Of a DNA stretch of 64,000 nt, positions 27,277-41,537 are shown in pieces. Origin of the DNA: Octopus sinensis (Eukaryota); contig NC_042999.1 of the NCBI RefSeq assembly GCF_006345805.1, positions 128,278,001 to 128,342,000 on the forward strand, in the 5' to 3' direction. Each line of letters begins with the position of its first letter. The stretch's first letter is position 1. A program made the translations under genes and the position numbers. The notes beneath the pieces were generated by a model. It was not told where the DNA came from, did not search any database, and saw only the letters and a program-made list of their open reading frames with translations.

Positions 27277-27826
27277 GCCCTGATGCAGTACCAGGTAGTG
27301 GCTCTCATGGCTGCTGATCTTAACTGATTGGAAGTGTTATCATGTACATTGTTCTGTCTTGATATAAAAGATGGGCTACAGCAAATATTCTGCTCAATAC
27401 CACAGATTTGCTTGTCAGTTATTTGACCATAACCAGTTGCACATGTTCCTTAGTGGCTGACGATATGTGCATCTCTGACCACGAGCAGAAGTAGTGGGGG
27501 AGCATCATAGCCATGTGTTGAGAGGGATTCTTTGGGGTTTGAATAATTCACCTCTGGAAACATGGGTGTTTTGTTCAACATCCTTAACCCTTATTCAGAG
27601 ACCTTTTGAGCTGGATGTGTTACTCAACCAGAAGAAAATTCTAACTGGGCCCCACCTGCAAGGTCATGTGCTGCTTATCTTGATATGCGATCACTATGTT
27701 GCACACATATGGTTGTGATGCATGTGCCTAGTGTACCCTTATCATATGGGTAGTCATGATAGGTATACTGGGCTTTGTATATTTTACCCCAGTGTCACTT
27801 TGATGGCATGCACTGCTCTCTCACTC
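27277..27826 (+). mobile_element. Non-coding ~550-bp element flanked by (TAA)n (second TAA-associated family)
   Basis: Bounded by pure TAA tracts; the last ~165 bp recur at 27923-28084 with the same end, gcactgctctctcac-(TAA)n. Confidence 0.7.
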
Positions 27827-27864
27827 AATAATAATAATAAATAATAATAATAATAATAATAATA

Positions 27865-27922
<58 letters not shown>

Positions 27923-28084
27923 GCTCATGTGCTGTTTCTCTTTATAAGAGATCGATCACTATGCTGCACACATATGGTTGTGAGGCATGTGTCTGGTGTG
28001 CCTTTATCAAACGGGTAGTTATGATGGATATACTGGGTACATCTCATCCCCGTGTCACTTTGATGGCATGCACTGCTCTCTCAC
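27923..28084 (+). mobile_element. 5'-truncated copy of the 27277-27826 element
   Basis: Aligns with about 27662-27826; TAA-flanked. Confidence 0.7.
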
Positions 28085-28124
28085 ATAATAATAATAATGA
28101 TGATGATGGTGATGATGATATATA

Positions 28125-28200
<76 letters not shown>

Positions 28201-29051
28201 CAAAGAATGGAAAATAAGTCAAAGAGAAAACTTCAAAGTAGTAGAAGATAGCAAAAGTGATTAATAGTTAGTGAAGGGATAAAGAAGATGTAAAAGACTG
28301 AACAATATGAAGAGGAGTGGAAGGAGAAGAAAATGTTGATAATGGCTGTCAAATTCTTTTTTCTTTCTCTTTATTGCTACTAAAAGTATTTAACTGAAAC
28401 ATCTTGGCCAGCTTCTGACATTGAAAGGGATGTTTGAGAAAAGATAGCAAAATTAACTAAAATATTGATTTCTTACAAAGGTACAAAGCTATAAATTTTT
28501 CATCCTTGATAGTTAACTGGTATTTTAATTATAACAAGCCTATTGTATGCAGTGCTAAGGTACGCTGCAGCATATTAGAAAAGGGTAAAAAAGGGGATGA
28601 AAATCAACAATAAATCATATAAAGACAGCAGTGAAAGCCAAAGAATCTCTGCACAGTGCACAGAATATAAGATACAGATAGATACAGATGTGAACAGTAA
28701 AAGAGTCATAAAGAGGAAAGAGTGCATAGGTGAATTAAGAGTCGTGCTGGTGAATTTCAGAAAGCATAGAAGTTTTTGAGGAGTATTGTGTCCTGACAAC
28801 TTGATCTGAGAAAGATAAAAGGTAAAAGCTGATCTCAGTGAGATTTGGATTCACAATATAAGGTGCTGAAATAAATACCAAGACAAGGGGCGCATTGAAC
28901 CAACAGACCTAAATAATATTTGCAATAATGATTCATCCCTCTTCAGTTATAAATGATAGGCTTAATGAATTTATTATCGATATTGTAAGGTGATGGATAA
29001 GGTTTATGTAGAGGATTATCAATGTGTGGTGATGTGAGAGTTCAAAATATA

Positions 29052-29866
29052 TGAGGTGTGTTCAGAAAGTATTTGCCATCACTTTTTCCCCCTGCTAAAA
29101 CTAATGCTGCATACATGAAAATTTTGGCATTGGTAGACAGCATCAGCTTCCAGCTGTTATGTCTAGAGTACAGATGTGTAGTGTGCTCTCATCTGATTTT
29201 AGTTTTCAATGAGATAGTTTTCATTGAGCAAAGATATAGCATCAAGTTTTGCCAAAAGCTTGGTGATACTGAAGCTCAAACTATCCAGAAGATTCAGCAG
29301 GCTTTTGGTGATGATGCCATGGATAAAACTCAGATTGAGGAGGTGTATAACTGATTTAGACATAGCTGCACTTCAGTGGAGAGCAAGGCATGTTCAGACA
29401 GGCCATCCACAAGGTGAAACAAAGAACTGATTCAGAAAGTTTGGTGAATAATAATGGAAAATCATTGCGTAACAATCAAGGAAATTTCTCATTAAGTGGC
29501 AGAGAGTGTCAGTGAAATTCATTCCCAAGGCAATGGTGGAGCAGCAGAAGCAATTCTCCACGGAAATCACTCAGGATATGTTGGACTGTGCAAGCCATGA
29601 CCCAGATTTCATAAAGACCATCATCACTGGTGATGAATCATGGGTTTATGGTCTCTGCTTGATGTGTTTGAGCATCTTGCAGGGAAAGGAAAATTCAATG
29701 AGTGTGCACTACACATCTCAACATTAGGTGTAACAGAAGGGAACTGATATGGCCTACTAGCATGAAAAGAAAGGATGGCATCACCACCCCTGCCAAAGGA
29801 TTTTGCCCATGCAGCATTAATTTTGGTGGGAAAAGATAAAGTTGGATAATTTTTTAATGTACCTTG
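29052..29866 (+). mobile_element. Internally deleted mariner element
   Basis: EQRYSIKFCQKLG HTH start and IITGDESWVYG first-D motif; imperfect TIRs with TA flanks. Confidence 0.85.
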
Positions 29867-32546
29867 TACATTCTTGTCTTACAGAGAACCAGATACAGGA
29901 GTCATTCTATGTTACTGAGCAAGACTCCTAACTCTATTTCTTTTCAGCTTATCCCACTATGAATTATGAACAAGTTTAATTGAATTATATACAGAGATTT
30001 GAGTTTCTTATCAGTTGAACTTTACAGAAATTGAAGATAAAAGTCAACTCTAATATTTGAATTCTACAAAACAGTTCAATTTAAAAAGTGTCTCATCCAG
30101 CTCAAAGGAATCAGTGTAAATGCTCTGACATTAGAATTAGAAAATTATTACCTAAGATTCACATATTTGAACTAAGACCATTCAGATCTGGTAGTTCCAG
30201 ATGCTGGAAATAGACAACTTCATAGGTTGAGAATCCTATGAGTATGCAAAATATAATAATGTTTTGGAGGAGTTTTGTAGTTTGCTTGAAGCATTATAGT
30301 ACAGATATAGAATAGTAAATGAAATGAGAAAATCCTCTAACAATGCAGAGATGAAAGTTGAAAAACCTTTATATATTTTGGGTGCAGAGACCCATCTCCA
30401 GAAGGGTACAGACAAAGAAATTTGTCTATGAAGATCTTGCCATTTGGATAGCCAGATGAGCAGTGACCCTGTTTTTGACCAGTGATTGTGCTAGTAGTAG
30501 CAGCTCCTCAAATGATGTTGTTGTTGGTGCTGTAGAGGTCACACTGGAGGCAGTGAGGGAAGGCTAGCTGAAGGTCGGTAGCAGTAGTGGTGAATGCTGT
30601 GGTAGTAATTAGTGGTCATAGTAATGGTAAATATTGTAGCAGTAGCAAGTAATGGATTTATACATTGGCATTGATGGCAGTGGTGGTAAATGTCACGGAT
30701 GTAGTTGGTAATGACATTTGTGGCATAAGTCCTTGTAATAGTCATTGACATGGTGGTGGCTGCCTACAGCAACATTTATTATTATAGTAGACAACAACAG
30801 TGGTGGTGGCTCACCATGGTGATGATGAGCATGGCACTAATAGACAACATTATCAATCACCAGCATACTAATGAGTATCATGGTTGCTGCAATGTTTGAA
30901 GGAATATTGGAAATCTCTGTATCAAGAAATCCTTACTGATCCACCAACTTAATCCAAAGATCAATAGTAGATTGGTGATGGGTTGATGGCCCCTGTAGAC
31001 AACCAACAACCACCTACATTGCGGTGACCACTACCAGCATCTTCATTGCACTGACAGTGATTGATAATGTAGCCTTACCAGCACCATGTTTGCTATCACC
31101 ACAGCTAGCTACCACCACTGCTGTTGCCTACTGTGATGAGGTTTGTTGCTATTAGTAGCCATCATCTTCTTAACAACTACTACAAAAACATATACCACCA
31201 ACACCATCACCATCACCATCATCAACTGCTCTCACATTTCCCATCATTGCTAGCAACAGTGGTGTAGACAATGCCATCACAAACTACCACCATGGCACTG
31301 ACTACTCCCACAGCTGCCAATCTACAGCCAGTTTTCCACCACTGTCATGTATTATAATAATGTATTGTTCAGATAATTCTGCAGACAATGTGTTTTATAA
31401 ACATATGACAATATGTTTTATAACTTTATAAACAATTTCAGAAACAAACTAAAGAAAACTACAGTAATTTATTTCTTTGTTTGTTTGAGGTGGGTGAGTA
31501 GTCAACACCTTCTTAAACTCTAACTGTGGTGATGGTGATAGTAGAGGTTTAGAAATAACTAGGCAAGGCTAATATGATTGGCATTAGTTTGAATTATTGT
31601 TAGTTATTGTAAGAAAAATGCAGACAAGAAAAATATTTTGATGAAATACAGCCTGAGAAGAAAAGTTTGGACAAAGTATAGTGTTTGGTAAGGAGAGTCA
31701 CTGGGAAAGTGATAGGGAAAGAAGGAAAAGCTTCTGAGTTTGTGAGCACTGTGTGGTGTCCATTAGTTCAGAAGAGTAGTGATCATCAGTAATCTCCTAT
31801 GATCTTTATAAATCCTGACATAGGTGACAAGATGATTTATCTTCAAAACCAAAATGTGATGCATCTCTGATTAACTTAAAATCTTGAAATTTGGCTTGTA
31901 GCAAAAACTAGCCAATCATTTAATCATTAGTGTGTTATGTTATTTAGCTATTCTAATCTAATCTGTTCAGAATTAACTTTAAATTAAAATGATAAGTGAT
32001 TTAGCAGTTCCACATGTTGGCAAAATAGATAGCTCCATATATTAAGAATCATATGATTTTCACAAACCAGTAAAATAATTTGCAAATAATTCTGCAGATA
32101 ATATGTTTTCTACAACTCTTTAGATAATTTCAGAAACAAAATAAAGATGACTGCTATAGTTTATGAAATATATTGTACACTTAAAAGAAATCTCTTCCTA
32201 TTGAAGAGATCATTATGGATTCAGTTCAGCTTGTGGTTAGCATTATGAGTGTTTACCAACATTATTGATGTTTAGTGTTTAAACAAATTCTCATTGTTAA
32301 ATAAAAAAAATAATAATAAAGCAAAAGAATATCCTATAGCCTTTCTTTGAAACTGCCTCAGTGGCAATGGTTAAAACTTGTTATAAGCCACTTCAGCTAC
32401 CAAAGAATAATTCTCTCATGCAATCTTTTGGTTAATCACTTGCAGTCAGTAAAAAGATAGCTATGGGTGTTAATTCTTAACAACTCAATTCTCATTTCAA
32501 TGTTTTGTACATTAGAATTCTCTATTGTTCAAATGCAAAACTATTA

Positions 32547-32604
<58 letters not shown>

Positions 32605-32884
32605 TATATATATATATGTATATATATATGTATATATATATATTTCAACAATTGAGGGTAAAATTAATTAATTATTAATCAATTTTACCAAGTATTCAGT
32701 ATGTAAAGGGACCATTTAAGGCGAATTCAAATTATTACATTATATAAAAGGGCTTAGTAAAATAAATTACTTTGCCACATACTGAACTCATTAGAAATAC
32801 CAGCTAAAAAAATTTTTTAAACTATTTCTAATACTTAAAGAAAATCTCTCTCATATAGCAAACACTATATTGAGAAAATTTAGC

Positions 32885-33350
32885 TTGGTTGTATGTATTA
32901 GCTGGAAGGAGTGTATTACCTAGGATATGTGTTTTAGCCTGGGCATGAGTATTAGCTAGGACATGTACATTTGTTAAAATGTGTGTATTAGCTAGTTATG
33001 TAATACCTAGATGTATATTTGTTAAGAGGTATGTAATACTTACCAGGTGTGTTTTAGGTAGAACATGTGTATTAGCTAGAAGCTAGAAAATATGTTAGCA
33101 AGATCTGGTATATTATTTAGAATATATGTATTAGCTAGAAGACATATGTATTAACTAGGATGGATATATTAGCTAGGAAATGTGTATTATATTGGAGATG
33201 TGTATTTGCTAGGTGTGTAACAACTAGAAAATTTGTATTACTTAGAAGGTGCATAACACATAGGACATGTATATTAGCTCAGTAGTATATATTAGCTAGA
33301 AGTTAGAATATATGTTAGCTTGGATATGTATATCAGCTAGGTGTACTTTT
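32885..33350. repeat. Decayed ~18-bp minisatellite (ggacatgtgtattagcta)
   Basis: Recurrent tgtattagctag units. Confidence 0.75.
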
Positions 33351-34539
33351 AAAACTAAAACACATTGATCATTTATACCTCTATTTATATTTTTGGGATT
33401 ATATATTAACATTACATTCTATAACATGATTGGCATTAGGAAGGGTAACCAGCCATAGAAACCATAGCAAAGTAGACAGTAGAGCATGACACAGTCTTCT
33501 ACCTTACAAGTTCATGTCAAACCATATAACCCATGCCAGTATGGAAAATAGATATTAAATGGTGATGTGATGATGATGGTTCACTTTTGATATAGAATGT
33601 TGAGAGAACACTAATACTTTAGAATATTCCAGTTTATATATTGACAGTGAAGTAATAGCAAACTGTCAATACATCCACAAGGAGAAGGATTTTCTAGCCA
33701 AAGTTTCAAACCTAGCATAGTTAAGCGTTACAATGAAAGTGATAGAAAAACTAGATATAAAAAAAGAAAAAACAGAAATAAATAGAATGTGGAAACTGAA
33801 AAAGAGCCCTTGATAGATAAATAAATCCAGTAATAGTAGATGTACTAGGAACTAATAGCAAAGTTACAAATAGATGAAGAGATTGCTTATTAGGATTATC
33901 GAAACCACATTTTGAACAAAAGAAGCACAGTTAGACATAACTCTGATGTTGTACATGGTATTAGTAATTTTGTAAATAGTCTATATGTTCCCATATATAC
34001 TTGAGGCATAAGGAGATGAAGCTGGTGAAACAGTGTTTATAATATTGTGAAGTATCATAAAATTTATAACAATAATGATGATGTTGTACTGGGTTTGCTT
34101 TATTTGGCTAAACTCTTCAAGTCAGTACCCCAGCATGACCGCAGTGCAGTGATTGCAACAAGTAAAACATTTTTAAATCATTCTTATAGTTTCATTCCAA
34201 ATCAATTCTGATTGAGCATATTTATGAAGCAAGACATTCTAGCCATAACTAAACTGTCTTTATTTGTCCATTTGTAGTGTAACTAGGGTTACATTACACA
34301 AGGTGTCCTTTAATCTTAAAAAAGAAACTAAATGGTAAAATATAATTTGAAAGCAATTTGGCTGCTATATTTAGCAGGTCAAATGTTCATCACATAAGCC
34401 GTCATCATTTTAGTAGTTATTTAAATGGAAGTCCGCTCTACATGACAGCAGAAATTTCAATACGTGTTACAGTATATGTTCCAAGCATTTTATTGCCCCA
34501 CTTCTCTCACTGTTCTCTCACTTTTTTCAACCTCTCTTC

Positions 34540-34587
<48 letters not shown>

Positions 34588-34616
34588 AACAGACATGTGT
34601 ATTTATATATATAGTT

Positions 34617-34790
34617 AGAAACAAAAGACAAAGACGGGTGTGTTAATAACAAACAGATGTATTAGTTTAACACTCGGGAAGTGAGAAAGCCTTTTACGTT
34701 TCGAGCCTATGCTCTTCAACAGATTGGAACACAGAAATAAACAGAGAGAGAAAATAAAAAAAGGTTTAGTGGCTAGTGATCAATCATGGC
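34617..34790 (-). mobile_element. Short PLE-terminus-like repeat carrying a hammerhead-like motif (copy 1)
   Basis: About 170 bp shared with 37383-37527 and 55930-56125; motif at 34691-34726. Confidence 0.6.
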
Positions 34791-34802
34791 AAATATATGT
34801 GT

Positions 34803-34844
<42 letters not shown>

Positions 34845-35097
34845 ACGCGTGTGTGTGTGTGTGTCTATGTGCATGTATATAAATACATCTAAATATTATA
34901 TGGTTATCTATTTCTCCCTCTATCTATCTACCTATAGGTCATTGTATATGTATATGTATATTCAAGTTAAGTAAGTAAATAAGTTAAATGGAAAGGAATT
35001 ATTAGTAGGAAGAGAGGGGAAAGAAAGAGAGAGAGAGAGAGAGAGTGAGTGAGAGACAGAAAGAGAGCAAGAGAGAAAAAGAGAGAGAGAAAAGAAA

Positions 35098-35136
35098 GAT
35101 AGATAGATAGATAGATAGATCGATAGATAGATAGAC

Positions 35137-35215
<79 letters not shown>
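35098..35215. repeat. (GATA)n microsatellite
   Basis: Direct reading; similar tracts at 16350-16430, 62560-62690 and 63948-64000. Confidence 0.95.
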
Positions 35216-35608
35216 GAGAGTGGGGGAGAGAGCAATGAATTAATTCAGTATTTACCAAAGATGATGCAACTGTCAGATTGAGGAAATATCAAACATGCTG
35301 GGTCCAATGATTGTTTGTCAGAAATGGTTTCCATCAAATAAAGCTGTTCAAAGTTAGCAATATTATCAGTGAAACATAGAGAAAAGGAGAAGAGATCAGA
35401 AAGTGGAGGAGGAAGAAAAGGATGAGGAAAGAGGAGAGAGGTGGAGAAGGAGAGAGGTGGAGAAGGAGAGAAAGAGAGATTGAGACAATGAAAGACAAAG
35501 AGGGAAATAAAGAAAGCAGAAATCTAGGTAGAAACAGGAAAAATGTAAGGAATAATGAGAGAAAGAAAGACAGATGAAAGCAAAGAAAAAAAGACACACA
35601 CACACATA

Positions 35609-35649
<41 letters not shown>

Positions 35650-36329
35650 ATGTATATATATAAAAAAGACAAGTCGACCATTTAGGCAACTAACACTTTG
35701 AAATGTTTCTTTTCAAATCCTCAATATTATGGTTTTGTGTATTAGGAAAGCTTATAGTTTGGCAGCAAATGCATTAAGAAAGAAAGATGACAGATGAACA
35801 AGATAACTTTCAAGGTAGAAACCATATTGGAAAATTCTCTTATTTGAACAAAGCAAAGAAATTACCTTCAGGTAATTATGATTACCTGCAGGTAATTTAC
35901 CTCTCCACAACTACCATCACTACCACCACCACAATGCCCACTACCACCACCCACAGCAACAACACCACTGCCACAACATAATCACTGTTGGTAGCATCAT
36001 GCTCATCATAATCCTCACCAACATTATAATAACCATTGTTATATATATATATATATATATAGTGTTCTGTAAAATGATGCTGTTTCTTCAGGGTCTTAAC
36101 TTGATATCCCTTGGTATGCCTGTTTAATGATTTTCTTTTATAAACACTGTGTTGTATAATGTAGAGTTGTCCATTAAGTCAGACACAAACAGTCTCTATT
36201 TCAAGTTATTATTGGATAATCATTTTCAGGCCATCATTTCAAAACCTTGTCTAGATTAAAGGCTAATTACTCATTTATATTTGGCAAATGTAAATTTCCT
36301 CATGTGCAAACATCTCAATGCTTGCTCTT

Positions 36330-36890
36330 GTGGTAAGTAGCTTGCTTACCAACCACATGGTTCCGGGTTCAGTCCCACTGCAAGGCACCTTGGGCAAGTG
36401 TCTTCTACTATAACCTTGGGCCGACCAAAGCCTTGTGAGTGGATTTGGTAGACAGAAGCTGAAAGAAGCCCGTCATATATATATATATTGGCCTGCTCGC
36501 TTAGCCAGCGGGGTGGCGTCATTCGAAGGCTAAAACAATGCGAACGCATTGTGACCAGCGATGTGTAACAACATCTGATGGTCTGGTCGGTCACGTGATC
36601 ACATATATATGTGTGTGTATGTGTGTGTGTGTGTGTGTGTGTGTATGAGTGTGTATGTGTGTGTGTGTCTGTGTATATGTTTGTGTGTCTGTGTTTGTCC
36701 CTGCAACATCGCCTGACAACCAATGCTAGTGTATTTACGTCCCTGTAACTTAGCGGTTTGGCAAAAGAGACTGATAGAATAAGTACTAGGCTTACAAAGA
36801 ATAAGTCCTGGGGTCGATTTGCTCGACTAAATGTGGTGCTCCAGCATGGCCACAGTCAAATGACTGAAACAAGTAAAAGAGTACAGGAGG
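36330..36890 (+). mobile_element. SINE type B with a nested ~115-bp fragment (36487-36602) in its internal TA tract
   Basis: Type B halves flank an unrelated GC-richer segment. Confidence 0.8.
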
Positions 36891-37382
36891 GTAAAAGAGA
36901 GTACAAAAGTCACATCTATTGGTTCCAGGCCTGTATGGTTTTCTGTACAAATTAACTCCCATTTAATATATATATGTGTGTGGGGGGGGGCGTGTGTGTG
37001 TGTATTTCGTCTTTGTCCCTTGTCCATCCATCTTTGTCCCTCATCCATCCACTTTGTCCCTTGTCTAGAATCACATTTATTTCATGTTTGTATGTTCACT
37101 TTCTGTATTGTATATTTGTTTATTTCTTGCTTATTTGTTCCCTTTCTGTCATGTTTGGTCCCTTATTTTTTGGCTCGCCATTTCCAGGAAGCTTCTTGCT
37201 GCTGGCACCACCTGAAAAGATCAATATTATCGTTTCGTTGAAGGAGCAAAGTTGTGTTTGATCCCCTGTTTGATAACTGATGATGATTTAGTGACCTTCT
37301 GTGTCTGTTTTCTGTTTGTTTGTGCATTTATTTTATGGGTTGTAACTTACATATATATATATATATGATGATATATATATAT

Positions 37383-37527
37383 ATATATAGGAAGAATTCA
37401 TGAAAAAAACAAAAGACGAAGACAGGTGGTGTAGAAAACAAACAGATGTATTAGTATAACACTCAGGAATTAAATAAGTCTTTTACGTTTCGAGCCTGCA
37501 CTCTTCCACAGAAAGCAACAAGGAGAC
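37383..37527 (-). mobile_element. Short PLE-terminus-like repeat carrying a hammerhead-like motif (copy 2)
   Basis: Embedded in (TA)n; motif at 37480-37515. Confidence 0.6.
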
Positions 37528-37532
37528 ATATA

Positions 37533-37594
<62 letters not shown>

Positions 37595-37632
37595 ATATAT
37601 TATATATATATATATGTATGTATGTATGTATG

Positions 37633-37668
<36 letters not shown>

Positions 37669-38784
37669 TATGTATATGTATATGTATATGTATATTATAT
37701 ATATATATATATACGTACACACACACATACATACATCTATGTGTGTGTGTTAGTGTGTGTATGTATTTGTGTATGTCTGTATGTATACTTTCTAGTTACC
37801 TAACTACTGGTCAATATGAACTGCTACAAAATGTTGTCTAGCATTTATGTCTTGTTAAATGTTATCCCTCTCCTCTCCTCTCTTCATTAGATAAGTCCTA
37901 ACTTGGCTCTTCCAATCCCCCACCACTCAGCTTAAATTCACATTAAAACTGTTACCACCAGTGTACTAGCACATGAATGCACATACGGACTACAAAACAC
38001 ATACCTACATACCTGTATGAAAAGCATTATGTGATGCAAGTGCCAAATATTATCTTACCTTATTATAATATAATGACAAGATCAGTTGAAGGAAACCATG
38101 GTGATCATGTAAAATTTATCCAGGGAATGTTGTCTTCGTTGATGTTTTGCAAAAGAATCAGCTATCTTCTACTCCCAAAAATACAGCCTGAATGATTAAA
38201 GAGAAAAAGAAATATGAAAAATATTTATTGATCTTTTTTAAAGAAAACAAAAAGCAAAACCAAGACAAAACAAAAAACCTCAGAAAATTGCCAAGGAATA
38301 ATAGAAACCTACATTATTTCCTTGTGTAATGAGTATGTACATATGCATGTGTGTACATATGCTAGTGTGTACATATGCTAGTGAGTACACTAGCACACAC
38401 ACATGCACACACAGATACACACACACACAGGCACATATACACAGGCACCCATGCTCACATATGCACACACATTTATATATGTTTGTATATGTTCATGTAT
38501 GGCAATATATATATATATATTTGTATAAAGATGGATGTGTGAGTATATGCATGTGTGTGTGTGTGCATGCATGTGTGTGTGTATGTGTGTGTGTGTGTAT
38601 GAAAATTCCTGAATCAAACATCAAAGAAAGCAGAATTCTAAGGAGGTCCCTACAGAAGTTAATAAAAGGGGAGAGCAAATATTGCTATATTTTGGGATGG
38701 TCACTTTTTAAACTTTTTTTTGCCAAATAACCTGTGTTATTTGGCAAAAAAAGAAAAACAAAAAAATGAACATCAGAAAATATA

Positions 38785-39271
38785 TGAGGGTGAGTCAAAA
38801 AGTAATGACATTTTGTTTAGGACAGGTATAATTACCAAGACAGGAACATGTATCATACATCAAAATGAAGCTGGTCCTCTGTGGATCACATCCCTACTTC
38901 TCAACATAGTCACTGTTTTTCTCAATAGCAATGTTCCACCTTCGAATGGGAGCATGTATCCCTGCCCTGTAAAATTCTGTTGACTGTTCTTTGAGCCACT
39001 TCTTCATTACAATTTTCACTTCCTCATCACTGGAATAATATTTGCCTCTCAAACCCTCATTCATGGGGCCAAAGAGATAATAGTCCAGTGATGAGGATAC
39101 ATACTCTCATTAGAAGGTGGAACATTGCTATTGAGAGAAACGATGACTATGTTGAGAAGTAGGGATGTGATCCACAGAAGACCAGCTTCATTTTGATGTA
39201 TGATACATGTTCCTGTCTTGGTAATTATACCTGTCCTAAACAAAATGTCATTACTTTTTTACTCACCCTCG
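38785..39271. mobile_element. Mariner-derived foldback MITE built from two transposase 3' ends
   Basis: ~177-bp inverted arms and TA TSD; the minus strand encodes DYYLFGPMNEGLRGKYYSSDEEVK...RWNIAIEKNSDYVEK*, a mariner C-terminus. Confidence 0.9.
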
Positions 39272-40386
39272 TAGCAATATCTATTTCAATATATGACTTC
39301 ACATCTGTAATCTTGCAAAAACACATAAATGTAAGAAGAGTAAAATTTTTTTAAAATTTTATCTTATAGATTTAATGCTATTTTATAGATTTAGTGTTCA
39401 TTTTTAATAATTCATAGATAATTCCTCTGATGAGTTATCCATGTAAGGTGTGGGACAGAGAGATAGAGTTGCAGAGATACAGTCTAGCAGACAGACAGAC
39501 ATTATACAGTCAGGCCACAAATTAATCAACAAATAGCCATTTCAGAAACCAACCCTCTTGCTGATTATGGAGGAGGATAGATCAAGTTAAGAAACTAAAC
39601 AAAGAATCAGAGAATCAAAGAGATATTCAGATAAGTAGATATCCAAGCTGATCCATTGCACACCCAAACAAATACGAGCAGTCAGCCTGTGTCTTTCTGA
39701 CAAATATTCAGACAGACATAGATAGTGATAGTCAGGTAGATATGACAGAAGGACCAGAAGATAGTGAGACTGCTTAAGTATTTAAACAGCAAGATTTTCT
39801 TGTCTAATTAAACTGTCATTCAGTCAATTATCTAGATGCACCAAACCATCACAATAGAAACCATGCCAAAGTAGACAGTAGAGCACAATGCAGTCCTTGG
39901 ATCCATCAAATCCTGTCCAACCTATGCCAGCATGGAACATATACATTAAGCAATGATGATGATGCTATTGATATATGGAGAGTAGTGCTTCTTTCAGTTT
40001 CCATCTACCACATTTACTTACAAGGTTTTATAATAAAAGATGAATGGAGAATTGCAGTTCAGTCCATGCTACATATGTTTCAATAGCTTGGTAATTTATT
40101 TGTAATTTGTACATTATATTTCTTTTTATTATATTAATGTAGAACATGAATACATATCTAATATTACTACTGAGATTTGAGTTGTGGGCACCAGATATCT
40201 TTAAATAATTGTTTTTAATCTGGTGATTGAATTATAAAACAGGAATGTTATTAATTGATCAATTAATAAAGTTATTAATGTCCCTACAGCATAAACTGCT
40301 TGCTAATTATATGCTGGGAGCTACTGAGCTAATAATCACAATTTATGCGATCCAAACCAACTGATATATATATATATATATATATC

Positions 40387-40457
<71 letters not shown>

Positions 40458-40899
40458 ATTATATATATAAGCCCTGTCCAACCCATGCTAGCATAGGTTG
40501 GACAGGGTCTTATTAGAGGCAGAATTTTGCACCCAGTACCATTCTCGTTGCCAGCTCCTATTTACTTTTCAACTAAAGATTTCATTTTATTCCATTTGTC
40601 TTTGAAAACACAGAACTAGAGGAGATATTGTTTCTTGAAACTGTAATCATGACCTTTGCATGATACTGCCTGAATAAAACAGTAATGTTATCTTTACATC
40701 CCCACTCGCCCACAAGTTTCTGGGGCCCTTCAAAAGGTCATAGGCACCACCTTCTAGTCTGAGTAAAAAGTTAACCTTCTTTACACATACACACACACAC
40801 ACCCATACATACACATGCACAGAAGCATGCATAATGCAAACATGTATGCATGCACTCACACAGAGACACACACATGCACATGCACTCACACACACATGC

Positions 40900-40931
<32 letters not shown>

Positions 40932-41537
40932 ACATCGATTCACCAAATGCAGTCTGTTCATGTTACAGAGTAATCAGAATCTATAACAGCATTGGCTGGA
41001 CTATGTCACACGTGATTACTTTTTGTTGTGATAGTCTCTTAAAAAATAAGTAATTGAACTGCTTCACCATCACTAGTTGGGCACATTACAGAGTCTCTAT
41101 ATTGTATATGGAGACTGGTAATCAATATAAGCTTGGAGCAGTACAGTGATAACGAAGTTTTGAGGAGGTGACAGTGAAACTTGTCAAGATCTGAGCTCTC
41201 AGGAAATTCATGTAGCATGTGGTCATTTGATCGGGAGACTGTGAAACTGATACTAGTATGTCTGGCAGTGCTTACTGATTTCTTTTATGTTGCTTTGGCT
41301 GGTTATTTCCAATATCTATATATCTTTTTTCTCTTTCATCTTTCCTTTTATTTCTCTTTGTCTCTCTCCATTTGTTTTCTTTGCTTTTCACTATCTTTTC
41401 TCCTGCTTACTGTTTCTCCTTTCTTTCTATCTTTCTCTCTCTCACCGTCTTCTGTTGCTATTATTAGTCTGATAATTACTCTTTATTTATACAGTAATGG
41501 CCCAGCACTTCATAGCATAGCTTGCTCATCAATACAG

